Below, one piece after another: positions 36,526 through 47,316 of a stretch of DNA of 64,000 nt. This stretch comes from an archaeon. Its GTDB lineage: Archaea > Undinarchaeota > Undinarchaeia > Undinarchaeales > JBDRKL01. The translations under genes and the position numbers were made by a program. Every line of letters starts with the position of its first letter. The stretch's first letter is position 1. The DNA lies in NCBI GenBank assembly GCA_043814055.1, contig JBDRKL010000012.1, positions 32,001 to 96,000 of the forward strand, in the 5' to 3' direction. The notes under the pieces were generated by a model. It saw only the letters and a program-made list of their open reading frames with translations, did no database searches and was not told the DNA's origin.

Positions 36526-36845
36526 GCGAAACCATTATTGTGCAGAAAGGATTCAGGAATTTGAAAGAGTTTATAGCAGGGCAGAATAATTTTTACGCGT
36601 ATTTCCTAAAAGGGAATGACTGGGGTGAGATTCGCAGGAGGCATCCTTGGTTCAAGAGATTCCAGAAAGAACATCCAGAGTTGGAAAAAGCACTGGTAAA
36701 GGCAGTGGGAAAAGCAGTAAAGGAACGGGACGAATATCCTTACGAGCAATTGTTTGAGGCGTACAAACTGATGTCAGAGATGGTGCATTCGGGCGATTTC
36801 AAGAAGGGAAGATACAAGGAACCTAGCCGGATTTTGATTTCGTGA
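36522..36845 (+). CDS. Hypothetical protein
   Basis: SD GAGGAGG, ATGA overlap. Confidence 0.6.
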   Translation: MSETIIVQKGFRNLKEFIAGQNNFYAYFLKGNDWGEIRRRHPWFKRFQKEHPELEKALVKAVGKAVKERDEYPYEQLFEAYKLMSEMVHSGDFKKGRYKEPSRILIS

Positions 36846-36866
36846 GTTGTTCAAATACCCCAAGGC

Positions 36867-38456
36867 TCACTCTTCACCCAACTTCTCAAGTATAGTGTCA
36901 AGTTTTGCATCAATCTCGTCAAGCCGCTTTTCAATATCCTCATCTGAAACAGCAGCAGGAGTTTCAACCACGGATTCTTCCGCCTCAACCACTTCAGCCC
37001 CACCGAACATTGTTTTCAGGAGCGCTGCGTGTACATCGTCAAGATTTGAATATTCCGCGGTCTTAATTACATAAGCCCGCTCCTCTTCGCCAAGCAAGTT
37101 GACCCCTGCAAGAGCCATTATCCTCTGGCCGCTGCCAGAGCCGCTCACGATTGATGACAGCGCATACAAATTCTTGTCTTCGTCCTGATAAATCTGAACC
37201 TGTTGCGGTATCCAGCCCTCAAAGTTCTGCACCTCTGCGCGCGCGAACCTGAATATCTTGTTCACTCCGGCGAGATTTCTCTCCAGCTTGTCAAGTTTTA
37301 ATAGCGTGATTTCTCCAGAGTTCGTATGGTCTGCTCCAACGAGGAGTATTCCCGCAATCCTTGCGCCGCTTATCTCTCCGCCTATCGGCTCGTAAACAAC
37401 CACCCAGTATAACTTGTCATTGTATACTGTGAGGAAGGGGTATTTCTGCCACGTGCTGGAGCTGCTGCTGAGCTGACCGCCTGGAATCTCGTACAGGGAT
37501 TCGCCATCTGATGAGCGCTGTGTGACGTGCTTAGCCCACCAGCCGAACCTGTTGTAACCGTATACATTGGCCTGCTGGAGCGCTAGGCTCTCTGGGTAGC
37601 AGCGGACGTCCCCACCCAGGAACTCTGAGAGCTCCTGAAGCTCGTCCGGGTTGTAATGCGTTATATCCGAATTTTTAGCGTTTACCAATGTGACGCCTTC
37701 AAATGATTTCTTGTATGTGAATATGAACCAGTTGATTGAGGTCCTTGGATAAACCCACCAGTACCCGCCGTCTGCGTCGGTTGTTATGTAGCCGTCATCA
37801 ACCAGCCAAAGCCTGTTGTGGTACCAGGCACGGCGCTTTGAGTAATCCCAAAAGAGCTTGGCCTCTGTGTGCTCCAAGTCAATCTCTGTGACAACAGGGC
37901 TGGCCTCTATCTCTGCCGAGGTTTGGGAAACGCCTGGTGCGCTTTTTGTGAGCTGGTTTATGAGGCCTCGCGGTTCTATTACTGCGCGCCACACGAGCTC
38001 TCCTTCTTCATAGACAGGGTCAGTGTCAATTACATCAGCCCAGCCAAAGCGGTTAGCGCGAAGCCTGATTCCTCCAGTGTTCTCCGGGACTTTTCTGACA
38101 ACGCTCGTCTGGAAGAGGGTGGTTTCCTTTAGCTCAGCGAGGTCTACTTCCTGCGCGTTGAAGTCTGCGCCATCCTCCACGTTGTAGAAGCTTGGGGACA
38201 TGCCGACCCAGAGAATGCTCCAGACGCCGCCGATAGCGATTACGGCGATGAAATATGCTATGATTAGCTTTGCAGAGTTGTTAATCTGCAGAGGGACTGG
38301 CTCTTCAGAATCAAACTTGAGTACATTGAGAGCCAGGAGTATGCCGGGAATTCCGAAGAAGATTCCGAAGTACACGATTTGCACGTCCAGGGATTGCCAC
38401 CATAGGAAATAAGTTATGAGCAAAAGCGGTATTACAAGAAATAGGTTTTTTTTCAT
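36867..38456 (-). CDS. Hypothetical membrane protein with large extracytoplasmic domain
   Basis: Three N-terminal TMs, Trp/Tyr-rich domain, short C-terminal coiled coil. Confidence 0.75.
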   Translation of the reverse strand: MKKNLFLVIPLLLITYFLWWQSLDVQIVYFGIFFGIPGILLALNVLKFDSEEPVPLQINNSAKLIIAYFIAVIAIGGVWSILWVGMSPSFYNVEDGADFNAQEVDLAELKETTLFQTSVVRKVPENTGGIRLRANRFGWADVIDTDPVYEEGELVWRAVIEPRGLINQLTKSAPGVSQTSAEIEASPVVTEIDLEHTEAKLFWDYSKRRAWYHNRLWLVDDGYITTDADGGYWWVYPRTSINWFIFTYKKSFEGVTLVNAKNSDITHYNPDELQELSEFLGGDVRCYPESLALQQANVYGYNRFGWWAKHVTQRSSDGESLYEIPGGQLSSSSSTWQKYPFLTVYNDKLYWVVVYEPIGGEISGARIAGILLVGADHTNSGEITLLKLDKLERNLAGVNKIFRFARAEVQNFEGWIPQQVQIYQDEDKNLYALSSIVSGSGSGQRIMALAGVNLLGEEERAYVIKTAEYSNLDDVHAALLKTMFGGAEVVEAEESVVETPAAVSDEDIEKRLDEIDAKLDTILEKLGEE

Positions 38457-38615
38457 AAGAGTGGTGTAATGTGGAGGGGGTAATATAGTTTGGGGGATAG
38501 GGAGTTAGGAAAAAAGAGTTAGTTTTCTGCAAAGCCCCCCTCATTCGTAACACTTATATACTACTTTTAGTAGAGTATACAGTCCGATTAATTTTACTGG
38601 GAGGTAAATAAACAA

Positions 38616-40265
38616 ATGACACAAATGGGAGGGCAGCCTGTCTACATTATGTCAGACAAGGCGCAGAGGACCATGGGCAGGGATGCCCAGCGAATGAACA
38701 TCATGGCCGGTCGAATAGTTGCCGAGACCGTGAGAACTACTTTAGGCCCGAAGGGAATGGACAAGATGCTTGTTGATTCTTTGGGCGATGTTGTGATTAC
38801 GAACGACGGCGCGACCATACTGACCGAGATGGACATAAACCACCCGGCAGCGAAGATGCTGGTTGAGGTCGCGAAGACCCAGGACAAAGAGGTCGGCGAC
38901 GGAACAACTACAGCTGTTGTTATCGCAGGCGAGCTCCTGAAGAAGGCAGAGGAGCTTTTGGACCAGGGCATACACCCGACAGTCATAACAAGGGGTTACC
39001 GCCTGGCGAACGACAAGGCTCAGGAAGTGCTGGAGAGCATTGCCGAGAATGTCTCGCACACCGACAGGGACACGCTTGAGAAAATCGCAATGACCGCGAT
39101 GACCGGAAAATCAGCTGAGAGGGCAAGAGAAAGTCTTGCGAAGCTCGCTGTTGAGGCAGTCACGCTGGTCGCTGATGAACGCGATGGAAAAAGGACAGTG
39201 AACCAGGACAATATCAAGCTGGAGAAGAAGCAGGGCGGCTCAATTGACGACTCAGAGCTGATAAAAGGGATTATACTTGACAAGGAAAGAGCCCACTCTG
39301 GAATGCCAGAGCGCGTTGAAAAAGCAAAGATCGCTTTGGTTGACGCTGCGATTGAAATCAAGAAGACAGAGACCGACGCTGAGATAAGCATCACAGACCC
39401 GAGCAAGCTCAAGGACTTCCTTGACCAGGAAGAGAACATGCTGAAAGAGATGGTTGAGAAGGTCAAGAAGTCTGGCGCGAACGTGCTGTTCTGCCAGAAG
39501 GGCATAGAGGACATTGCACAGCACTTCCTAGCAAAGGCAGGAATCCTGGCTGCGCGAAGGGTTAAGAAGAGCGACATGGACGCGCTCGCAAGGGCCACGG
39601 GCGGAAAGGTTGTTTCAAGCCTTGACAGCCTGACAGAAAAGGACCTTGGCTACGCAGGCATTGTTGAGGAGAAGAAAATTGCAGGCGACGAAATGATGTT
39701 CGTGACCGGCTGCAAGTCCCCGAAAGCTGTTTCCGTTCTAGTGAGGGGCGGGACAGAGCACGTTGTGGACGAGGTTGAGCGCGCATTGAAGGACGCAGTC
39801 GGCGGAGTCGCATCTGCAATTGAGCTTGGAAAAATTGTTGGCGGCGGCGGGGCTGTTGAGATGGAAGTCGTGAAGGAGCTGAGAAAAGCTGCTGAGAAAA
39901 CAGGCGGCAGGGAACAGCTCGCAATGACAGCTTTCGCAGACGCGCTGGAAATCATTCCAAGAACCCTTGCTGAGAACGCAGGTCTTGACACAATAGACAA
40001 GCTCGTTGAGCTCAGGAGCCAGCACGAGAAAGCAGGAAACAAATGGATCGGGCTTGACGTGTTCACTGGAAAGACTATGGACATGTACAAGGAAGGCGTC
40101 ATAGAGCCGCTCAAGATAAAGACGCAGGCGATTAAGAGCGCGTCAGAAGCGGCAGAAATGATTCTGCGCATAGACGACATTATCAGCGCAAGGAACATGA
40201 GTGAGTCCGGCGGTGGCGGTGGAATGCCGCCTGAAGGAATGGGTGGAATGCCAGGGATGATGTAA
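38616..40265 (+). CDS. thsA: Thermosome (group II chaperonin) subunit
   Basis: [20 protein letters not shown]-rich tail. Confidence 0.97.
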   Translation: MTQMGGQPVYIMSDKAQRTMGRDAQRMNIMAGRIVAETVRTTLGPKGMDKMLVDSLGDVVITNDGATILTEMDINHPAAKMLVEVAKTQDKEVGDGTTTAVVIAGELLKKAEELLDQGIHPTVITRGYRLANDKAQEVLESIAENVSHTDRDTLEKIAMTAMTGKSAERARESLAKLAVEAVTLVADERDGKRTVNQDNIKLEKKQGGSIDDSELIKGIILDKERAHSGMPERVEKAKIALVDAAIEIKKTETDAEISITDPSKLKDFLDQEENMLKEMVEKVKKSGANVLFCQKGIEDIAQHFLAKAGILAARRVKKSDMDALARATGGKVVSSLDSLTEKDLGYAGIVEEKKIAGDEMMFVTGCKSPKAVSVLVRGGTEHVVDEVERALKDAVGGVASAIELGKIVGGGGAVEMEVVKELRKAAEKTGGREQLAMTAFADALEIIPRTLAENAGLDTIDKLVELRSQHEKAGNKWIGLDVFTGKTMDMYKEGVIEPLKIKTQAIKSASEAAEMILRIDDIISARNMSESGGGGGMPPEGMGGMPGMM

Positions 40266-40356
40266 GGCCTCGGTCTGTTTAGCCCACTTCGCGAAGCGAA
40301 TGTGGGTGCTCACCCTCCGCGAGCAGGCGGAGGTGTGGATGCCGGGGATGATGTAG
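40266..40356 (+). repeat. Hairpin modules followed by a duplicate of the thermosome 3' end
   Basis: cccac-ttcgc-gaa-gcgaa-t-gtggg; cctccgcgagcaggcggag (identical to 61168-61186); atgccggggatgatgta matches 40248-40264 at 16/17. Confidence 0.75.
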
Positions 40357-40461
40357 ATACCCAATAAATAATCTGAAGAGGGGCTCAATACAAGGGCTCC
40401 TCTTTTTCTAATTTTTTAATCGTTATCATAAGCTTTAAATAGATACTTTCTTTATTCCGCA

Positions 40462-41061
40462 GTGGTAACAATGCCGCTAAGAGAGGAAACTTACGAAATA
40501 GTCCCGATTGACCCTGTTCACAAGGCTGAGAGGAAGCACGAGAGCCTTGAGAAGGAAATTGCAGACATAAAAGCCGCGATGAGGGGGACTGTTGGAATTT
40601 CAAAGCTCCAGTCAGGGGCTGATGAATTAATACATCACATGCTTGACTTGCTGAAGAGTTCGCAGAACATGGTTGAAGAGGTCGCGAAGTCAAACCAGCA
40701 GGTTTCGCTCAAGATTCAGGAGGGGCTGGACAAGATGAACGCGGTGAACGAGCAGATGTCCGGCAAGCTCGCGAAGATTCTTGAGATGTTCTCCCAGGCT
40801 GCAGCGGCAATGGGCGGGGACGATGGCTCCGAGGAGCTCGCCAAGGCAATTACTGGATTGAACAAGTCAATTGAAACTCTTGTTGAAAAGACCGGGGAGA
40901 ACACGCAGATACTAAAGTCAATTGAAAAGAACCTGAGAGGCCCGGCGGCAAAGCCGCGAAGCGCAATGCCAATGTTGCAGAGGCCGAACTTCCCGCCGGC
41001 TCCGAGGGGAATGCCGCCGCTCGGGCAGGGTGAGCTCCCACCACCGCCACCGCCAATGTGA
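40462..41061 (+). CDS. Coiled-coil protein with Pro-rich C-terminus
   Basis: Heptad-like helices, PPPPPPM tail; first gene of the pilus locus (start may be ATG 40471). Confidence 0.7.
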   Translation: MVTMPLREETYEIVPIDPVHKAERKHESLEKEIADIKAAMRGTVGISKLQSGADELIHHMLDLLKSSQNMVEEVAKSNQQVSLKIQEGLDKMNAVNEQMSGKLAKILEMFSQAAAAMGGDDGSEELAKAITGLNKSIETLVEKTGENTQILKSIEKNLRGPAAKPRSAMPMLQRPNFPPAPRGMPPLGQGELPPPPPPM

Positions 41062-41074
41062 GGTAAAAAATTGA

Positions 41075-41281
41075 ATGACCACAAGAAAGTCACGGAAAAT
41101 AGTAATTCAACTTGCCATACTATTGGCTTTCATATTTGGGGCAATGGTTGCCGTGGTTGCATACTACACAGGAAGCACGATGATGGGGTTGATATTTTTG
41201 ACCGCGATACAAATCATAATACTGCTCGCTGTTCTGTTTATGATGGAGACCATAACAGAGTTGCTGGAGGCTAAACTATGA
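41075..41281 (+). CDS. Small two-TM membrane protein
   Basis: Two hydrophobic helices, SD GAGGT. Confidence 0.7.
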   Translation: MTTRKSRKIVIQLAILLAFIFGAMVAVVAYYTGSTMMGLIFLTAIQIIILLAVLFMMETITELLEAKL

Positions 41282-41787
41282 CCCAAGAAACATATATAAA
41301 GGCAGAGGCATTAAGACGAAATATGAATTTCCCATTGGGCAACCGAAGAGGTATCACACCCATTATTTCAGTTATCTTATTACTGATGATGACCATAGCC
41401 ATCGCTGGCTTGGCTTATACCTGGCTGCAGGGCCTGCAGACAACTATAGAAGAGTCTACTGAGAACACTACAACGAGAATGCTAGGCGAGATGAATGTTG
41501 AGCTCAGACTAGATGGAGCATCTGGGTCACCCATCAGCGGGAGCGGCTACTGCAATGCGACTGTTTACGTGAGGAATAAAGGAACTGAGAGGGCGGACAA
41601 TCTTCAGCTCTATGTTAACGACTTAATGGTTGTTGGCGGGAATATAACTTCACTTTCACCCGGATCAACAGTCAGTTGGGCATACGTAAATTCATCCACG
41701 CTTAATGTCACGAACAACACATTCCACAAGTTCAAGATAGTGAGTGACGAGACCGAAGCATCTGAGAGCATAAAGGTTCTTTGCTGA
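41278..41787 (+). CDS. Archaeal type IV pilin (DUF1628-like)
   Basis: Class III signal RRG/ITPIISVILLLMMTIAIAG. Confidence 0.88.
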   Translation: MTQETYIKAEALRRNMNFPLGNRRGITPIISVILLLMMTIAIAGLAYTWLQGLQTTIEESTENTTTRMLGEMNVELRLDGASGSPISGSGYCNATVYVRNKGTERADNLQLYVNDLMVVGGNITSLSPGSTVSWAYVNSSTLNVTNNTFHKFKIVSDETEASESIKVLC

Positions 41788-41830
41788 ACCCTAAGCAAAC
41801 TATTTTAAATTCCACTGCTTAGACAGGAGT

Positions 41831-42466
41831 ATGTCAAAGGGGCAAATTACGTCATTCTCAACCATCCTGATGATAAGCCTGATAATCGTGCTTATTGTTG
41901 GGACTTACAGCTGGGGCAGTGATCTCGTGGAAACGCAAGAGACAAGAACAACGATTAATTACATGCAGGCAAATCTCCTTGACCTGGAGAGCGCCATAGT
42001 TGAGGTTTCCCACGAAGGCGAGAACGCGACGAGAGCAATCCAGATTGATGTTTCTGCTGGGAAGCTCTATGTTGCTGACGAGGATTATTGCATTGGAGAT
42101 GTTGTGAATAGCAATGGAATCGTGTATGAACTCAGCACTGAAAATGCGTTCATAGATTCAAGCGCAACTGGATGGATAAACATAGATCCATATGATTCCG
42201 GCACTGATTGCGAGGTTAGCTATTTTGATAACTCGGCTGGACTGCTCCTAGCCAGGACTCAGAATGTGGGAGACGCATACGTGAACCAGTACATGATTTG
42301 GTTCAGGAAGCTCACTTCGGGCGGCGGTAACTACTTGATTAACATTAGCAAAGGCACTTCAAGCGAAACCTCGGGCGGCGGGGCAGTGGTAAGTGTCCGA
42401 AATACTGGGACCGTGACAACAGGCGGGGTAACATACATCAACGTGGAAGTTAACCTCGGAGGATAA
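41831..42466 (+). CDS. Pilin-like protein with class III signal peptide
   Basis: MSKG/QITSF followed by a hydrophobic helix. Confidence 0.75.
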   Translation: MSKGQITSFSTILMISLIIVLIVGTYSWGSDLVETQETRTTINYMQANLLDLESAIVEVSHEGENATRAIQIDVSAGKLYVADEDYCIGDVVNSNGIVYELSTENAFIDSSATGWINIDPYDSGTDCEVSYFDNSAGLLLARTQNVGDAYVNQYMIWFRKLTSGGGNYLINISKGTSSETSGGGAVVSVRNTGTVTTGGVTYINVEVNLGG

Positions 42467-42498
42467 AAGATATATAAATAGCAACGCTAGTTCTGAAT

Positions 42499-42939
42499 AT
42501 GTGGTCAAACAGGAAAGGCGCAGCTATGGTTGTTGAGCAGGCCTTCATAGCAGTTTTTGGCATTGTAATACTCATAACCGTGATGATAGTATTCTCAAAT
42601 CTCAGGATAGATTTTTCAAAACACGTTGCAGAGGCGCAGTTTGACGAGGTGGGCGCGGTCACGCACAATGCTGTTCTGCAGGCCTATGAAAACGGGAAGT
42701 ATGCGAATAGTGCCAAGGTAGTGGTCAGACTGCCTGGCAAACTAGGGGGAATGCCGTACACGGTCTCGCTGACCAATGATAATATAACTGTCCAAAATAT
42801 ATACGGAGACGTGAACAGAACGCTGGGCGTGATGAATATTACCGCAAACCTGTCCGGAAATTGCAGCTCAACTGGCAGCGGACCTTGCGTGGTTGAGTAC
42901 AACAGCTCAAGTGGAAACATAACCCTGGAGACCCTCTGA
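42499..42939 (+). CDS. Pilin-like protein with class III signal peptide
   Basis: RKG/AAMVVEQ followed by a hydrophobic helix. Confidence 0.75.
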   Translation: MWSNRKGAAMVVEQAFIAVFGIVILITVMIVFSNLRIDFSKHVAEAQFDEVGAVTHNAVLQAYENGKYANSAKVVVRLPGKLGGMPYTVSLTNDNITVQNIYGDVNRTLGVMNITANLSGNCSSTGSGPCVVEYNSSSGNITLETL

Positions 42940-45005
42940 TGGGAAGGCAAGAACTTAAGGAGTTTATGAGAAAAGCGGCTGAAGTCTACCGTGAGGAGGA
43001 TGAAATACGCAAGAAGGTCACGATTAAATCAACTCCGAAGCCAGTGATTATAGATGACCTCCACAAGGAGCTCAGGGGCGAAGGCGTCCCAACCGGCCTG
43101 AGCCAGAAAATGCACGAGATTGTTAATAAAGAACCAGCCATTGACAGCAGCTCTGAACCTGACTTGCGCGAGGAGGTTGGCAGTGCGATAAAGGAAGCGG
43201 TTGAGCACAAGAAGAACGGCAAGATAAGCGAGGAAGGGCTCACGAAAATAGTGCAGGAAGCTGTTTCAGAGCACGAAAAAGGATTCACGAAAGATGACGT
43301 CAGGGCCATAATACAGGAGGTTCTCAAGTCAGAGTTGCAGAAGGGGGCGATTCTTTCAAGGTACGCCCCACAGGTGAATGCAACCCCTGTTGCGATTGAA
43401 GTAAAGGATGAAACGCAAAACCTGAGTATGCCGCTCCCGTCCATTAATGATGGGGGAATGATAAAGAGACGGCATGCGGATGCGAGCGGATTTGCAGGGG
43501 AGGATTTCACAAAGGTTAACATAACCTATCCGCTTGTGTACAGAGAGGGCAAGGTTCACGTTTACGCTAACATAAAATATGACCAGCAGGAGCGCGGTCT
43601 TTTGTACAGGATTATAGAGCCGCAGTTGAGCAAGGAAGAGCAGGAGAAGCTTGACAAGATAGAGACCACGCTAATAGAGGAGCTTGAAGTTGACTTTGCC
43701 GCACTAAAAATGCAGACCGCTGAGAAATACCTGAAAGAGAAAGTTGACGAGGTCATCATATATTATAAGATGGAAATCAGCAAGAGGACTAGGGACCTGA
43801 TGGATTATTTCATACATCGGGACCTGATAGGGCTTGGAAAAATTGAGGCGATGATGCAGGATGCGAACATAGAAGACATAAGCTGTGATGGTGTTGGAAT
43901 CCCAATTTACGTTTACCACAGGGACCCGAGGTTTGGATCAATAAAAACCAACATATCGTTCAATAACGCGGATGACCTGGACTCGTTCGTGATGAAAATC
44001 GCGCAGCGCTGCAACAGGTCAATAAGCGTGGCAGACCCTCTCTTGGATGGCGCGCTGCCGGACGGAAGCCGTGTCCAGGCAACATTTGGAACTGGAATAT
44101 CAATGAAGGGCTCCAACTTCACTATAAGAAAGTTCACGCTTGACCCATTGACATGCATTGACTTGCTTAATTATGGGACAATAGGCCCGGAGATGCTCGC
44201 ATACCTGTGGATTGCAATAGAAAACGGAAAGTCCGTGCTGATTGCAGGACCGACCGCGTCAGGAAAAACAACGATGCTCAACGCGCTCTCGCTGTTCATA
44301 CGGCCGGAACTCAAAATTGTTTCAATAGAGGACACTCCGGAATTGAGGCTGCCGCACGAGAACTGGATATCACAAGTCGCAAGAATTGGCTTCGGGCCTG
44401 AAACAATCTCTGGCAAGAAGCTCGGGGAGATTTCATTGTTTGACCTGCTCAAGGCATCGCTCAGGCAGAGGCCGGACACGATAATCGTGGGAGAAGTTCG
44501 TGGCAAGGAAGCCTACGTGCTGTTCCAGCAGATTGCAACCGGGCACCCTGGCATAAGCACGATTCACGCTGAGTCAATGGCCGCGGTCGTGAACAGGCTG
44601 AGAACGCCGCCAATAAATCTGCCGGCAAGCCTGGTGCAGCACTTGGACATATTGATAGTGGTTACGAGGCAAAGACTGCAGGGCAAGTACATGAGGAGAA
44701 CCAAGGAGATTGTTGAAGTCATTGGGTATGATATGGAAAAGGACTGGCCCAAGGTAAACACCACTTATGAGTGGGTGCCCGCAAAGGACAAGTTCAACTA
44801 CACCGGCAAGAGTTTGATACTTAAAGATGTTATGGAAACAATGGGCTCAGACCCTGCGGGAATTTTTTCAGAGGTTGAGCGAAGGATGAAAGTGCTTGAG
44901 TGGATGCAGGAAAATGGCGTTCGCGACTACAAGAATGTTGGACGCGTCATACATGAATACTACCAGAGCCCAGACACGCTAATGGAGAGGATAGGCGAGG
45001 ATTAG
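42939..45005 (+). CDS. Type IV pilus assembly ATPase (FlaI/TadA/VirB11 family) with N-terminal extension
   Basis: IEDISCDG, GPTASGKTT, EDTPEL, LRQRPD..VGEVRG, TGH..STIHA. Confidence 0.93.
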   Translation: MGRQELKEFMRKAAEVYREEDEIRKKVTIKSTPKPVIIDDLHKELRGEGVPTGLSQKMHEIVNKEPAIDSSSEPDLREEVGSAIKEAVEHKKNGKISEEGLTKIVQEAVSEHEKGFTKDDVRAIIQEVLKSELQKGAILSRYAPQVNATPVAIEVKDETQNLSMPLPSINDGGMIKRRHADASGFAGEDFTKVNITYPLVYREGKVHVYANIKYDQQERGLLYRIIEPQLSKEEQEKLDKIETTLIEELEVDFAALKMQTAEKYLKEKVDEVIIYYKMEISKRTRDLMDYFIHRDLIGLGKIEAMMQDANIEDISCDGVGIPIYVYHRDPRFGSIKTNISFNNADDLDSFVMKIAQRCNRSISVADPLLDGALPDGSRVQATFGTGISMKGSNFTIRKFTLDPLTCIDLLNYGTIGPEMLAYLWIAIENGKSVLIAGPTASGKTTMLNALSLFIRPELKIVSIEDTPELRLPHENWISQVARIGFGPETISGKKLGEISLFDLLKASLRQRPDTIIVGEVRGKEAYVLFQQIATGHPGISTIHAESMAAVVNRLRTPPINLPASLVQHLDILIVVTRQRLQGKYMRRTKEIVEVIGYDMEKDWPKVNTTYEWVPAKDKFNYTGKSLILKDVMETMGSDPAGIFSEVERRMKVLEWMQENGVRDYKNVGRVIHEYYQSPDTLMERIGED

Positions 45006-45006
45006 A

Positions 45007-45879
45007 ATGAATTTTTTTGAAAAGTACAGGGCAATCTCAGGGAGATTTTTTAATTCCTATGTGGAGAAGAATCTTGAGTCGTACAAGAACATACACCACG
45101 ACTTGCGGCTTGCGAACATAAACATAATGCTACGGGAGTACATTAGCATATGTTATTTCACGCTTTTCCTAGTGATGGCTGTTTCAATACCATCGCTTTT
45201 AGTGATTTTTCTTTTGATGGAAAAAGGAATTGTACTTTCCCTGCTACTTGCGTCAGGCATCGGGCTTGGCATCTCGTTCGGGAGCTTCGTGGTCGCGCTG
45301 AAGTACCCGATGACAAAGGCAGACGAGAGGAAGAGGAGCATAGAGAACAACCTGCCTTTCGCAGTCCTGTACATGAACACTATTGCTGGCACTGGCTCGC
45401 CGCCCTACTTGATATTCAAGCTGCTCACCGAATTCAAGGAGTATGGGGAAGTTTCAGTTGAGGCGCAGAGAATTGTTGAGGAAGTTGAGATAATGGGTCA
45501 GGATATAGAGGTTGCGATGCAGCGGACTGCTGACGAGACCCCGTCAAAACAGCTGCGGGACTTGCTCTGGGGAATGATTACGACAATTGTTGGCGGAGGA
45601 GACCTGAAGGCTCTGCTCAAGGAAGAGGCCTCCTTCCTTATGAATGACTACAGGAGGCGGATGGAGGAGTACACTAATACTCTGACGATGTACGTTGAGG
45701 TTTACATAACGCTCGTGATTGTTGGATCCATATTCGGGCTGGTCATGTCAACAATAATGGGGACCATCTCAGGATTTGCAGGCCTGCGCGTGATGCAAGA
45801 GCTGCTTGTATTCGTGTTCCTGCCGATTGCGTCAATTGTTTTCATAATGCTGCTGAAGGTGACATCACCTATTTCGTGA
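45007..45879 (+). CDS. Type II secretion F / TadC-FlaJ-like membrane platform protein
   Basis: IENNLPFA..YM, EYGEVS.E, TPS motif. Confidence 0.88.
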   Translation: MNFFEKYRAISGRFFNSYVEKNLESYKNIHHDLRLANINIMLREYISICYFTLFLVMAVSIPSLLVIFLLMEKGIVLSLLLASGIGLGISFGSFVVALKYPMTKADERKRSIENNLPFAVLYMNTIAGTGSPPYLIFKLLTEFKEYGEVSVEAQRIVEEVEIMGQDIEVAMQRTADETPSKQLRDLLWGMITTIVGGGDLKALLKEEASFLMNDYRRRMEEYTNTLTMYVEVYITLVIVGSIFGLVMSTIMGTISGFAGLRVMQELLVFVFLPIASIVFIMLLKVTSPIS

Positions 45880-46808
45880 GAAAAATGACTGAAGAAAAAA
45901 ACAAGAAACAGAAAGAGAAGAGAAAGATAGACCTAATCGGGTTTTTCAGGGACGATGCAAAGAAAGGGAAGACAATTGATGAGGGCAAGTTCCTAGGACT
46001 TTCAAAGACGCATCAGCTTATTTTGGTTTCTGGGATTGGAGTCATAATTCTTGTGTTTGCCGCATTGCTTATTGGAAGCGCGAAATTCTATGGACTTTTC
46101 CTGGGTATGGCGGTTATTGTTGGGTTTATCCCATACTCACTGCGCGTGTACTTTAGGAAACAGAGATTGGTGAAGTGGGAAGATAACCTGCCAGCGCTTT
46201 TGAGGGACATAGCAGAGGCCAGAAAGAGCGGGATGACCCTGCCGCAGGCAGTTTACAAGAGCGCAAAGGTTGATTATGGGGAATTGAATCCTGAGGTTAA
46301 GAGGATGGCGAATCAGATATCCTGGGGCGTGCCGTTCAATGAGGTCCTGACGAGCTTTGCGAAGCGGAGCAAGAGCAGGTTCATAGAGCGCGCGATTGCA
46401 ATCATAGTTGAGGCGCAGGTGAGCGGCGGTGCGCTGACTGACACGCTGGACGCAGTGGCGAGGGACGCGAGCATGATAAAGGAGCTGGAAAAGGAGAGGA
46501 AGACGCGGCTGAACCAGCAGGTTGTCGTGATGTACTCCATATTTTTCCTGTTCATCGCAATAGTTGTTGCACTACAAAGATTAATGATACCGCTCATAAC
46601 ATCGCGCGGATTCAGCCTTGCCTCTGAGAGCCCTGAGGAGGTTTTGTTCTTCTACAGAAACCTGTTCTTCTCAATGATTGTGATACAGGCAATATTCAAT
46701 GGAATGCTCGCGGGTCAGATAGGAGAGGGCTCCGCAGTCATTGGGCTGAAGCACAGCGCAGTATTCCTCGTGGTTGGCGTTGTGATATCAGTAATGTTCA
46801 TATTTTAA
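45876..46808 (+). CDS. Type II secretion F / TadC-like membrane platform protein
   Basis: LPALLRDIAE..KSGMTL, DYGEL..E, G..GEG...GLKH. Confidence 0.88.
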   Translation: MRKMTEEKNKKQKEKRKIDLIGFFRDDAKKGKTIDEGKFLGLSKTHQLILVSGIGVIILVFAALLIGSAKFYGLFLGMAVIVGFIPYSLRVYFRKQRLVKWEDNLPALLRDIAEARKSGMTLPQAVYKSAKVDYGELNPEVKRMANQISWGVPFNEVLTSFAKRSKSRFIERAIAIIVEAQVSGGALTDTLDAVARDASMIKELEKERKTRLNQQVVVMYSIFFLFIAIVVALQRLMIPLITSRGFSLASESPEEVLFFYRNLFFSMIVIQAIFNGMLAGQIGEGSAVIGLKHSAVFLVVGVVISVMFIF

Positions 46809-46809
46809 A

Positions 46810-47316
46810 ATGAAAAAAGGGCAAATAAACCTGGGATTCGTGGTGGCAGTATTGCTGCTGATAGTATTGATAATATCCACTACAATGACTGTTGTTGGGT
46901 GGGCTCCGGAAGTTGTGGACGAGGCGCGGCACAAGGCGCTTGAGTCCAAGGCAACTGACTTGGGTAAACTGATACTAGAAGACCCAGGAATGCCGGCGGA
47001 TTGGAATGACCCAACCCTTGTGGATGTGCCAGGACTCGCGCTTTATAATGAATATTCAAAAGAGACTGTTATCGGCAAGCTTGACACTATTAAAATAGTA
47101 GGCTGGGAGCTTTTGGGGTATCAGGAGGTCAAGATAAAATTAGGATTGGACAATGACACTAATTTCAGGCTGACCATAAATAGCTGTAATACCACTGATT
47201 TTTATGGGTCGCTTCCAGACGAAACAACGCGGGTTGTGCGGGTAAGGAGACATCTAGTGATTGGGAATTTAACAAATAATGATTGCACGTCAAATGTGAC
47301 ACTGTGGGTGTGGTGA
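46810..47316 (+). CDS. Pilin-like protein with class III signal peptide
   Basis: MKKG/QINLGF followed by a hydrophobic helix; PG.P.DW motif. Confidence 0.75.
   Translation: MKKGQINLGFVVAVLLLIVLIISTTMTVVGWAPEVVDEARHKALESKATDLGKLILEDPGMPADWNDPTLVDVPGLALYNEYSKETVIGKLDTIKIVGWELLGYQEVKIKLGLDNDTNFRLTINSCNTTDFYGSLPDETTRVVRVRRHLVIGNLTNNDCTSNVTLWVW

Noticed and set aside
38557-38579. Inverted repeat CTACT-ttt-AGTAG after the thermosome TATA as a heat-shock operator
   Set aside because: It is a single short occurrence and cannot be told apart from chance.
40347-40376. Second C/D sRNA (GATGATGT...CTGA) after thsA
   Set aside because: The C box is imperfect, there is no C'/D' pair or terminal stem, and it is explained by the duplicated gene end.
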